A stretch of 63,947 nucleotides of DNA, the filler included, from an uncultured bacterium (GTDB lineage Bacteria > Hinthialibacterota > Hinthialibacteria > Hinthialibacterales > Hinthialibacteraceae): assembly GCA_964449065.1 (NCBI GenBank). It is 5 parts of 5 records of this genome, joined end to end, with 100 filler letters (N's around TTAATTAATTAA, not from the genome) between each part and the next. Parts side by side here need not be neighbours in the genome. Positions count along the whole stretch, not along the records: positions 54,318 to 63,947 come from CAYVAZ010000196.1; 4 more parts are not named here. One strand, 5' to 3'. Under the pieces are notes generated by a model. The model was given only the letters and a program-made list of their open reading frames with translations, did not search any database and was not told the origin of the DNA. Below are positions 55,291-63,947 of this stretch, in pieces. A program made the translations under genes and the position numbers. Numbering within the stretch: position 1 is the stretch's first letter; the number at the start of each line of letters is the position of its first letter.

Positions 55291-55548
55291 GTATCTTTCC
55301 CGTCTTAACCCTGGAATGATTTCATAGCCGGGCGGTGCCTTTGGTTTTTTGTCTCAACCAAAAGGGCACAAATACCAATATGCGTTTAAATAACGCGTTT
55401 CATTTTATACATAAGATCCAATGATGAAACCTGTAGAGTGGCGTTGAGCAAAGCAGAACCCACTTTGTCCCTCTACGATCGCTTTATTTAACGAATATTC
55501 TCATAACAACTTGATCTCATTCAATCATGAACTTCCGATGTGCTAAAC

Positions 55549-55582
55549 AAAAAAAAGGGGACATCACGTCCCCTTTTCTTTT
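55549..55582 (-). terminator. Rho-independent terminator after rplU
   Basis: AAAAGGGGAC-ATCAC-GTCCCCTTTT with A/T runs on both sides. Confidence 0.85.
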
Positions 55583-55600
55583 ATACCTGTCGAATGAAAT

Positions 55601-55912
55601 CTACACGGTAATTTCTTCGATCTTCAACCGGGTCAAATCCTGACGGTGCCCCTGCTTGCGGCGGTAGTTTTTGCGCCGTTTCAGTTTGAATACCACTATT
55701 TTCTTGCCTCTACACTGGCTTAATACCTTTGCTTTCACTGCGGCGTTTTCTAACACCGGCTTCCCGATATGGATATGGTCGCCGTCTTTGGCGTAAATTA
55801 CTTGATCCAATGTAACGGTATCCCCCTCTTCAGCGGCCAGTTTCTCCACTTCCACAATATCGCCGGGGGTTACTCGGAGTTGTTTTCCACCAGTTTTGAC
55901 TATCGCTTCCAT
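55601..55912 (-). CDS. rplU: 50S ribosomal protein L21
   Basis: AIVKTGGKQ, VEKL, KRRKNYRRKQGHRQ. Confidence 0.97.
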   Translation of the reverse strand: MEAIVKTGGKQLRVTPGDIVEVEKLAAEEGDTVTLDQVIYAKDGDHIHIGKPVLENAAVKAKVLSQCRGKKIVVFKLKRRKNYRRKQGHRQDLTRLKIEEITV

Positions 55913-56288
55913 GACTTCGCTCCAATTCAGTAGTAAACAGAATCGTAAAGTATATTCATATACCCTTGAATCCGCAAGGCATGAATCCCCATTTGGCTAA
56001 CCATATTTCTAGATTTTTACACATTGTCCCTGATGGTTTTGTTATGTTATGATATTGTTTGAATTGATTAGAGAGAAAAATTTTTAAATTTCAGCTATTG
56101 TAATTTCTTCAATTCTATGGTTTACTTATATCAGTCTCTTATGAATACTTCTCATCCCACAACAAAGGAGGTCGGCTCATTCATTTCCATTGCTTTTTCT
56201 ATGATTTTAGTAGAATATAGGAAAGTGTACAGCGGTTTTTTTCCTTGTGCAGGTATCAACAAACATGAAGGGAGCTTGAGGGATACTT

Positions 56289-56744
56289 ATGCTGTCACGA
56301 CTGATTGAAATGGTTAGCTTTTTATTGTCACATTCGTTAGAGTATGATGATGAAGAATGGTCAATCTTGCGCTCTGAATTACATGAACAATTAGAAGGTC
56401 AAGGCTTTAACGGTCACGAAATCGATATTGCCTTTGAAGTTGCCAACAAAATTCGTCTGCGAATTGAAGACGGCACTTCTCTTCCCCCACCGCTCCAAAC
56501 CAACAGAGTGTATGAGTTTCTGGAAGAATTAAAACTCACTCGTGAAGCGCGCGGCTATTTATTAACCCTGGAATTCAATGGAACCATCACCCCCGTACAG
56601 CGTGAAGAAGTTGTCGACCGCGCTTTTTCCCTTGATTTATCGGATGTTGATGTGCCCGAAATCCAATATCTGGTCAGCTTCGTTACCGGTGGAGAAAACT
56701 GGCAGGGCGAAGATTCCCCCTCCATGTCTTATCTATTGCAGTGA
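56289..56744 (+). CDS. DUF494/Smg-like protein
   Basis: LEGQGF...EIDIAF, RVY..E..KL..EARGYL..LE..G.I....RE.V. Confidence 0.7.
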   Translation: MLSRLIEMVSFLLSHSLEYDDEEWSILRSELHEQLEGQGFNGHEIDIAFEVANKIRLRIEDGTSLPPPLQTNRVYEFLEELKLTREARGYLLTLEFNGTITPVQREEVVDRAFSLDLSDVDVPEIQYLVSFVTGGENWQGEDSPSMSYLLQ

Positions 56745-56820
56745 CGTCCAGTACTTATGTTGCAACACTGCAAAGACAGAAATCGGTTTTTCATCGATAT
56801 CACGAGTAAGACCTCTTGCC

Positions 56821-56870
56821 GAACCTCTTAGAATCGTTCAGAATCCCACTGAACTACAGGGGTTCTTTTT
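56821..56870 (+). terminator. Terminator-like hairpin between the smg-like gene and pheA
   Basis: GAACCTCT...GTTCAG-loop-CTGAAC...AGGGGTTC-TTTTT. Confidence 0.5.
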
Positions 56871-56912
56871 ATCTACTCTTATACGGTTTCATTTGATGAT
56901 GGATGGAGGTTT

Positions 56913-58052
56913 GTGCCGGTGCAAGATATCCCAAGCGTAACCACAAATGCGCAATCGCTGGAAGATCGCCTATTGAAACTCCGCAATCAAATCGATACGG
57001 TCGACAAAAAAATTCTGGCCTGCATCAACGAGCGCGCCAAGATCGTGCAAGAAGTCGGCAAAGCCAAAGAAGATCACGAATCCGAAGTTTACATCCCCTC
57101 CCGCGAAAAATCGATTCTCAAAAAACTGTGCGGATTAAATAACGGTCCGCTTCCCTCCGAAGCCATCGAATCCATCTTCCGTGAAATCATCAGCGCCTGC
57201 CGCGCTCTTGAATCCAAACTCCGCATCTGCTTCATGGGGCAGGAAGGCTCCTACCATCACGCCGTTGCCCAAAGCCGCTTCGGCCGTTCCGCCGCCTACA
57301 TTCCGGTCCCTACCATCTCCGCGGTATTTGATGAAGTGGAACACAAACGCGCCGATTTCGGCGTTGTCGCTATCGAAAACTCCATCGAAGGCAGCCTGGG
57401 AGAAACCCTCGACCGTCTCGCGCAATCCCCCGTAAAAATCATGGGAGAGTCCTACCTGCCCGTCAGCCACAATCTCATCAGCCAATCGGAGTTGCATGAA
57501 ATCAACCGCGTTTATTCTCATCCCCAAGCATTGGCGCAATGCCGCAAATGGCTGTCATCCAACCTGCCAAACGTGGAAATCATCGGCACCACCAGCACCA
57601 CCCAAGGCGTAACCAATTGCAAAACCGACCCCAACGCCGCCGCCATCGCCAGCCGCTGGGCCGCCGAACTCATGGAAATGGACATCCAAGTCAGCGGCAT
57701 TGAAGATTATGCCGGCAATACCACACGCTTCTTGGTCATCGGCCAAAACGATTCCCCCGTCACCGGAGACGACAAAACCTCGATGATCGTCTTCATCCGC
57801 GACAAAGCCGGCGGCTTGTATTTAATGCTCGAACCCTTCAACCGCTACGAAATCAACATTACCAACATCGTCTCCCGTCCGGTCAAAGAAGAGGCTTGGC
57901 AATACATGTTCTTTTTAGAGGTTCAAGGGCATCATCAGGAAGAAAACGTAAAGCACGCTCTCGAAGCCATAGAAAAAAACAGTCTCCACATAAAATTATT
58001 AGGCTCCTATCCGCGGGCGCATTTCACAACCCAAAACAATAAGAATGAATAA
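56913..58052 (+). CDS. pheA: Chorismate mutase/prephenate dehydratase (P-protein)
   Basis: LRNQID..D..I...INER, IENSIEG, YSHPQALAQC, NTTRF, ACT domain SRP. Confidence 0.96.
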   Translation: MPVQDIPSVTTNAQSLEDRLLKLRNQIDTVDKKILACINERAKIVQEVGKAKEDHESEVYIPSREKSILKKLCGLNNGPLPSEAIESIFREIISACRALESKLRICFMGQEGSYHHAVAQSRFGRSAAYIPVPTISAVFDEVEHKRADFGVVAIENSIEGSLGETLDRLAQSPVKIMGESYLPVSHNLISQSELHEINRVYSHPQALAQCRKWLSSNLPNVEIIGTTSTTQGVTNCKTDPNAAAIASRWAAELMEMDIQVSGIEDYAGNTTRFLVIGQNDSPVTGDDKTSMIVFIRDKAGGLYLMLEPFNRYEINITNIVSRPVKEEAWQYMFFLEVQGHHQEENVKHALEAIEKNSLHIKLLGSYPRAHFTTQNNKNE

Positions 58053-58071
58053 CAGCGAATCATATTAATTC

Positions 58072-58947
58072 ATGAACCTACCCTTTCCTATCAAGCATAT
58101 CGGCATTTACGGAGTTGGCCTGCTCGGCGGTTCGCTGGGCAAAGCGGTCAAGCATTTGTATCCGTCCTGTAAAATTACCGGCATCGGACGATCGAAAGAA
58201 AAATTAGACAAAGCGGTTGAACTCCACGCGATCGATGAACGCTGCTGCAACCCGCCATTTCTCCCGCAAGACCAGTTGGATTTGCTGGTCTTATGCACTC
58301 CCGTCAACCTGATCGCGACTCATTTACGAGAAACCATTCATGCCGTCAAACCAAACGGGTTCATCACCGATGTCGGCAGCACCAAATCCCTGCTCGTACA
58401 AGCCTGCGAAAACGCTACGCCCCATAACAAATACTTTATCGGCTCACACCCCATGGCCGGTTCTCATGAAAGCGGGATCGAAGCCGCCCGTCATGATCTA
58501 TTTACAGGCAAAGTCTGTATCGTCACCCCCACAAAAAATTCCCATGAAGATGCGGCAAGGCAAATCATTTCATTCTGGCAAGGGTTGGGAATGCGCCCAC
58601 TCTCCTTGCCGCCGAATGTCCACGATCAACTCACCGCCCGCTCCAGTCATCTTCCCCATCTCATGGCGGCGGCCTTATGCAAAGTGGCTGAACAGCAAGA
58701 TGGTGAACTGGTGAATATCATCGGTGACGGCTTTCGCGATACCACCCGCATCGCCGCGGGTGACCCGAACATCTGGCTGAATATCTGCTTGGAAAACCGG
58801 TTGGAATTGGTACAATCGTTAGAAGAGATGAAACAGGTTGTCGGCAATCTTCAAACATGGATTCAAAACGAAGATCATGATAGTTTAGAAACGTTTTTGC
58901 GGCAAACACAAGCTTGGAAACTGCAAAGTGAAAAGAACTCACAATGA
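58072..58947 (+). CDS. tyrA: Prephenate/arogenate dehydrogenase
   Basis: GVGLLGGS, DVGSTK, HPMAGS, HD...A..SHLPH, GFRDTTRIA. Confidence 0.95.
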   Translation: MNLPFPIKHIGIYGVGLLGGSLGKAVKHLYPSCKITGIGRSKEKLDKAVELHAIDERCCNPPFLPQDQLDLLVLCTPVNLIATHLRETIHAVKPNGFITDVGSTKSLLVQACENATPHNKYFIGSHPMAGSHESGIEAARHDLFTGKVCIVTPTKNSHEDAARQIISFWQGLGMRPLSLPPNVHDQLTARSSHLPHLMAAALCKVAEQQDGELVNIIGDGFRDTTRIAAGDPNIWLNICLENRLELVQSLEEMKQVVGNLQTWIQNEDHDSLETFLRQTQAWKLQSEKNSQ

Positions 58948-59777
58948 ACACTGCACACGAAAAACTTGAAAAACTAAAAACTATCCTGCAAAACTATGGC
59001 AGTATCGCCATCGGCTATTCCGGCGGGGTAGACAGCACCTTTCTCGCCAAAGTCGCCACCGATACCCTCGGCAAAAAAGCCCTCAGCGTGTCCGCCATCT
59101 CCGAAAGCTACCCTAAAGCCGAGCAGGAAGAAGCCAAACAAATCGCAGACGATTTGTGTCTCAATTACATCGCTGTGCGTACCTCCGAAACCGGCAATCC
59201 CGAATACCTCAAAAACGCGCCCAACCGCTGCTTCTACTGCAAAGATGAGTTGATGACGCATCTCGTCAAAATCAAAGAAGAATACAACATTGCCGAACTC
59301 GCCATTGGAACCGTAATCGATGATTTGGGTGACTACCGTCCGGGACAATCCGCCGCCAAACAGGCCGGATGCCGCTTCCCTCTGGTTGAAGCCGAAATGA
59401 CCAAGGACGATGTCCGCGAACTCTCCAAAACGATGAACCTCAAAACCTGGAACAAACCCGCCTTCGCGTGCCTGTCCTCCCGCTTCCCCTACGGCGAAGA
59501 AATCACCATAGAAAAACTCGCGATGGTCGAACAGGCCGAAGACCTATTGCGTTCCTACGGCTTCAAACAGTTCCGGGTGCGCCACCACAACAACCTTGCC
59601 CGCATCGAACTGCTGCCCGAAGATTTTGACAGGCTCCTCGAACACCGCGAAACCATCTACCAATGCTTTCAAGAAATCGGCTATGCCTACATCGCCATGG
59701 ATCTCAAAGGCTTCCGCAGCGGCAGCATGAACGAAACCTTGGTGCAGATTCAAACACCCACAACCCTCCATTCTTAA
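58944..59777 (+). CDS. larE: ATP-dependent sulfur transferase LarE
   Basis: SGGVDS, NRCFYCK, DYRPG, KPAFACLSSRFPYG, GFRSGSMN. Confidence 0.92.
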   Translation: MNTAHEKLEKLKTILQNYGSIAIGYSGGVDSTFLAKVATDTLGKKALSVSAISESYPKAEQEEAKQIADDLCLNYIAVRTSETGNPEYLKNAPNRCFYCKDELMTHLVKIKEEYNIAELAIGTVIDDLGDYRPGQSAAKQAGCRFPLVEAEMTKDDVRELSKTMNLKTWNKPAFACLSSRFPYGEEITIEKLAMVEQAEDLLRSYGFKQFRVRHHNNLARIELLPEDFDRLLEHRETIYQCFQEIGYAYIAMDLKGFRSGSMNETLVQIQTPTTLHS

Positions 59778-60002
59778 ATGGTTAAATTTCGTCTGTCAAA
59801 TTCACTTTCATAATACTTACTCTCGAAAAAAATAAAAAAACGCATACAATAAAATATCACACAATTGCGCCGATACGGTGGGCTGCCGGATACCGTTTGT
59901 GAGCGATAGATTGTTTCAACCGCGTATGAATGAATACTGTTTTGAATCATTCAAACTCAGGCAAGCCTACCTTACCATATAGATGTACCATAGGATTACG
60001 TT

Positions 60003-61502
60003 ATGCCGTCTTTATTGCAGAAAACCATACACAAATCCAAGCGGGTGGCGAAATACTTCAAGCCCATGCCGTCGTTTGGGTGCGAGTTGCCCCATCCGTT
60101 GCCGTTGATTGTGGATTCCACACACCGCATCCCTCTTACGGTGGATGTCTCCAGCGGGAACGGTTCGGTCGAAAAGGATGCACTGGCGGTCCGCTTGATT
60201 TGGTGCGGTGAAAACGGAGAGAAATTTTACGGCGGGCAAGAACGCGTCCTGCGCAAAAAATCCATGCCGGATGATCCGCGGCCGCGGGTGATCATCAAAA
60301 CAAACACTCCAACACAACCGGGCAACTACTCACTGGAAGCGTATTTGGTGCGCAGCCGACGCAGCCGCTTGATCGGGAAATCCGGCTTCGAGTGGAGCGT
60401 CATTCCGCTCGTGGAAACCAACGGCGAACTCAATTACGGCGAATACATGATCGGTATGGATGCCTCAATGAAGTGCAACTTAGAATGTATCTTTTGCCTG
60501 CGTGTGTTTATGGAGCACATCCACGAAACCGATGTCTCTCCGGAAGAATTAAAGCGCCTGGCCGATCAAGCGTTTGAGCAATGCTCCGGCATCAGCCTTT
60601 CGCTTGGCGCCGAACCGACGATGAATCCGCAGTTTGACCAGTTGGTTGAATTGCTAGGCGAGCACCCCTACCTGCATACCACCATGACCACCAATGGAAC
60701 CACACTGGGCGGCAAGATCGGAAAATTGCTGGTTGAAAAAGGCTTTAAAGAGATTCACGTTTCGCTGGATGGCGCCACCAAGAAAACCGTGGAGGGCATT
60801 CGTGAAGGTATCCGCTTTGAGCATGTCATCAAGAACTTGGAGATCCTCAAACAACGCAAAAAAGAGCTGAATACCCCATACCCCCGCTTAAAGATGCACT
60901 TCGCCATGATGAAACGCAACATTCACGAACTGCCCGCGTTTGTGGATTTGGCCCATCGCTTGGGCGCGGCGGAAATCCGCTTTCAGCATTTCATCATCCC
61001 GCACGAATCATTGATCGATGAATCCTTGTGGTTTGATCCGGAACGCGCGAACCAATTTATGAAAGAGGCGTTGGATAAATGCCATGAATACGGTATTGCC
61101 ACCGACGCGCCGCCATTCTTTAAACTGCATTCCAAATCGAACGGCAAAAAACAACTCCGCACGCAGCAATGCCATTGGCCCTGGAAAGGAATGCTGATTG
61201 ACCCCGATGGCAACGCCACGCCCTGCTGCCAGTGGAAAGGCCCATCATTGGGTAATGTGAATAAAAGTGGCTTTCAAGACGTGTGGAACGGGCCTGCCTA
61301 TCAGCAGTTGCGGCGCGATTGGATCAGTGGGGATTTGAACGAATACTGTCAAAACTGCTCGGCGTTGATGGAAGGCGATGTCAATGACTTTAGTTCGTTT
61401 ATCGCGGCCGAGTATGAAGAGATCAATCTCAGCAAAGCGCCGGAACACAAACGCTTGGTACAGATCGAACCGGCCCCTACATCATCATCGACTTCAGGAT
61501 AA
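60003..61502 (+). CDS. Radical SAM / SPASM-twitch domain protein with N-terminal extension
   Basis: CNLECIFC, TTNG, VSLDG, CHWPW..PCC..CQNC. Confidence 0.88.
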   Translation: MPSLLQKTIHKSKRVAKYFKPMPSFGCELPHPLPLIVDSTHRIPLTVDVSSGNGSVEKDALAVRLIWCGENGEKFYGGQERVLRKKSMPDDPRPRVIIKTNTPTQPGNYSLEAYLVRSRRSRLIGKSGFEWSVIPLVETNGELNYGEYMIGMDASMKCNLECIFCLRVFMEHIHETDVSPEELKRLADQAFEQCSGISLSLGAEPTMNPQFDQLVELLGEHPYLHTTMTTNGTTLGGKIGKLLVEKGFKEIHVSLDGATKKTVEGIREGIRFEHVIKNLEILKQRKKELNTPYPRLKMHFAMMKRNIHELPAFVDLAHRLGAAEIRFQHFIIPHESLIDESLWFDPERANQFMKEALDKCHEYGIATDAPPFFKLHSKSNGKKQLRTQQCHWPWKGMLIDPDGNATPCCQWKGPSLGNVNKSGFQDVWNGPAYQQLRRDWISGDLNEYCQNCSALMEGDVNDFSSFIAAEYEEINLSKAPEHKRLVQIEPAPTSSSTSG

Positions 61503-61505
61503 CCA

Positions 61506-62252
61506 ATGTACAATCCCTCTTGCATAAAAACGCTTGATGCTTTTGCCGCTATCTTGATAGCCTCACTCATTGCCTCCCATTTTTCCTTCGCCGAAATCAA
61601 ATCATTGAACAACAATCTCTATGCATTGGATGACCGGGCGGAGGCAACGTTCTATCTGTTGATTCCGCCCCATTACGATGCCGAAACAGAATATCCTCTC
61701 ATCATCAGCCTGCACGGCGCCGGGGAAAAAGGCGACCGCATGATGCGATATTGGAAAGAGGCCGCCGCCAAACGGGGCATGATTTTGCTGTGCCCCAACA
61801 GCCGCGTGTACGGCTGGGATCAGGAAAGCGTGATGGATATTTTGCACGAAATCGATGCCGTGATCCGCGAATATTCTGTCGATCAAGACAAGGCGCTCTT
61901 AAGCGGCATTTCGGCCGGGGGAACCATTACCTACGCGTTGGGATTAACCGGTAAAGGGATGTTTCCGTATTTAAACCCGATGTCGACCGCGCTGCGCGAA
62001 GAGTATCTCGCCCATGTGGATGACAGCGAAAAACCGAAACTCTATATCACGCACGGCGCGCGGGATGAAATGATTTCCCCGGAACAGGGCGGTGAAAAAG
62101 CAGCGAAACAATTAAGCGAGCGCGGTTTTGATGTAACCTTTGTGCTGCGTCTTGATGACGGCCACGAAGTGCCGGAAGGTGAACAGGAACGTATATTGGA
62201 GTGGTTTGTGCCGTCACAAACGGGGAGTGAGAAGACCAAAAAGAATCAGTAG
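61506..62252 (+). CDS. Exported alpha/beta-hydrolase (phospholipase/carboxylesterase family)
   Basis: SLHGAG, GISAGG nucleophile elbow, HGARD, GHEV. Confidence 0.85.
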   Translation: MYNPSCIKTLDAFAAILIASLIASHFSFAEIKSLNNNLYALDDRAEATFYLLIPPHYDAETEYPLIISLHGAGEKGDRMMRYWKEAAAKRGMILLCPNSRVYGWDQESVMDILHEIDAVIREYSVDQDKALLSGISAGGTITYALGLTGKGMFPYLNPMSTALREEYLAHVDDSEKPKLYITHGARDEMISPEQGGEKAAKQLSERGFDVTFVLRLDDGHEVPEGEQERILEWFVPSQTGSEKTKKNQ

Positions 62253-62419
62253 AAGGCTACCTTTGTCCTTTTTGTTGAAGAATATATCGAAAGACTTATG
62301 CGCGTGTATACATCACATCCCGCATTTGAAATTGAAAAATCAAAACTATGAGATGTCATAACTAAATTTTTCAAACCAAAGAAAATAACTCACTCCCCAT
62401 TATATTACTTTCAGTTATA

Positions 62420-63739
62420 ATGGAGAATTCGAAAAAAATAGAAACGATCATGCAAGCAAAACCATCCGTCCTCATCCATACGCTGGGTTGCAAGGTCAAC
62501 CAATACGATTCGGAACGCATGCGCAATGTGATGGCGCGCCGGGGGTTCTCAACCTATGCCCCGGGCGGGGGCGAGCCGGAACTCATCATCGTCAACACCT
62601 GCTCGGTGACGCATGACAGCGACCGCAAAAGCCGTCAAGCCATCCGCAAATACCTGCGCCGCTACCCCAACGCCCGCATGGTGGTGACCGGATGCTATTC
62701 CGAACGCAAACCGCAGGAACTCTATGCCATCGACGGTGTGCGGGATGTCGTGCCCATCGCAGAGCAAGAAAGTTTTCTGCAAAACCTGATGGATTCGCTC
62801 GGCTGGGGATGCGACGACCAAGACAGCCTGTGGGATGCCGGGCAGAATCTCGAAGTCTTTCAGGAACGCACGCGTGCGTTTGTCAAAATCCAAGACGGCT
62901 GCGACCTCAAATGCACGTTTTGCAGCATCCCCACCAGCCGCGGAACCGCGCGCAGCCGCCCCATCGCCGAGGTCATAGACGAATGCCGCTCTTTGGTGGA
63001 TCATGGGTATCCTGAAATCGTTCTCTGCGGGGTGTGCATCGGGCGGTATGGTTACAACGAAGGGTTTGGACTGCATAGCTTGCTCCAAGAAATGGTCGGG
63101 ATCGACGGGATTCAACGTATCCGCATTTCATCGATGGAACCGCAGGATGTCTCCGATGAATTTCTCACAACCATGCAGGAACATCAAGATATCATCTGCC
63201 CGCATTTGCATTTGCCCTTACAGAGCGGCTCGAACAAAATCCTGCGGCGGATGAAACGGCCTTACTCGCAAGAGTATTTTATCGAACGCGTGGAAACCGC
63301 GCGGAGTATGATCAAAGACTTTGAAATCTCAACCGATATCATGGTCGGGTTCCCGGATGAATCGAATGAAGATTTTGAAGCATCGCTGCAAGCGGTGAAA
63401 GAATGCCGCTTCAACAAAGTGCACTCGTTCCGCTTTTCCGTGCGTGAAGAGGCTCCGGCGGCAAAGCTAAAGAATCACTTGCTCCCGCAGGTGTTGGAAG
63501 AACGCCGCGTTGTGTTAGACAAACTCGCTCATGAAACCGCGGATAAAGTAAAGCGGTCATACATCGGTCAAACACTCCCAGTTTTGGCAGAGGTGGAAGA
63601 AGACGGCATGAGCACGGGATTCACCCCCAACTACCTGCGCACACACTTCACATCCAACCGCCCCATCCAAAAAGGCGAAACCGTTTGGGTACACATTGAT
63701 AATGTCGAACACGGGCGTTTGCGAGGATATACGGTTTAG
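62420..63739 (+). CDS. mtaB: tRNA (N6-threonylcarbamoyladenosine-37)-methylthiotransferase
   Basis: TLGCKVNQYDS, NTCSVT, KIQDGCDLKCTFC, DIMVGFP, C-terminal TRAM-like region; alternative start 62450. Confidence 0.93.
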   Translation: MENSKKIETIMQAKPSVLIHTLGCKVNQYDSERMRNVMARRGFSTYAPGGGEPELIIVNTCSVTHDSDRKSRQAIRKYLRRYPNARMVVTGCYSERKPQELYAIDGVRDVVPIAEQESFLQNLMDSLGWGCDDQDSLWDAGQNLEVFQERTRAFVKIQDGCDLKCTFCSIPTSRGTARSRPIAEVIDECRSLVDHGYPEIVLCGVCIGRYGYNEGFGLHSLLQEMVGIDGIQRIRISSMEPQDVSDEFLTTMQEHQDIICPHLHLPLQSGSNKILRRMKRPYSQEYFIERVETARSMIKDFEISTDIMVGFPDESNEDFEASLQAVKECRFNKVHSFRFSVREEAPAAKLKNHLLPQVLEERRVVLDKLAHETADKVKRSYIGQTLPVLAEVEEDGMSTGFTPNYLRTHFTSNRPIQKGETVWVHIDNVEHGRLRGYTV

Positions 63740-63947
63740 TGTTTACTGATTAAGAACACTACGCAAGCATTATTTTTAACCGCTAATACACGCGAACAAA
63801 CATCTTAGGATTGAAATTTTATCAAGATCATCTCGCATTATATTGTTGCTGAAAAAGTATGATCCTAAAAAAAGCAGTTGATATTGAAAAGCATGCCATA
63901 ACTTTTTGAATATAATATAATTATGAAATGCGGAGCAGTTGAAAAAT

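Noticed and set aside
56757..56870. pheA attenuator (24-aa ORF with Phe-Phe before a terminator hairpin)
   Set aside because: No RBS, only two Phe codons, and the stop lies in the 5' arm of the terminator, which would give the wrong regulatory logic.

Overview
This window is not one continuous locus. It holds five draft-genome contigs of about 13.3-13.7 kb (the last one partial) joined by artificial N44-TTAATTAATTAA-N44 spacers at 13725-13824, 27366-27465, 40809-40908 and 54218-54317. The organism is a diderm bacterium; the expanded prepilin-like family suggests a Hinthialibacter/OLB16- or Sumerlaeota-like candidate lineage (inference only). Housekeeping genes: ftsK, dxr, gyrB, a UvrD/Rep helicase, rplU, pheA-tyrA-larE, mtaB, gmhB-rfaE1 and a heptosyltransferase. 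The best candidate for an undescribed system is a co-directional 8-gene cluster at 40909-51671. It encodes three exported PQQ-like beta-propellers (one with an inserted DUF1080 domain), a DUF3311-like peptide, a Na+/solute symporter, an EhpF/LuxE-like adenylating enzyme, an ALDH-fold protein lacking the hydrolytic Glu, and an Fe-ADH. That set suggests import plus carboxylate-to-alcohol reduction, with no phenazine or lux genes in view. Other highlights: a 318-bp IS4-like MITE with 21-bp TIRs and an 11-bp target duplication; an argH 5' fragment joined to an AT-rich Cys-rich ORF; a HipA-like remnant with an intact HIRAN partner; an AT-rich island with a toxin-antitoxin pair and a HEPN-motif gene; a TIM-barrel/Gfo-Idh-MocA fusion; four dispersed pilin-like paralogs; NrdR-like boxes at the gyrB promoter; and several REP-like palindrome families. 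All family assignments come from motif recognition, not database searches.
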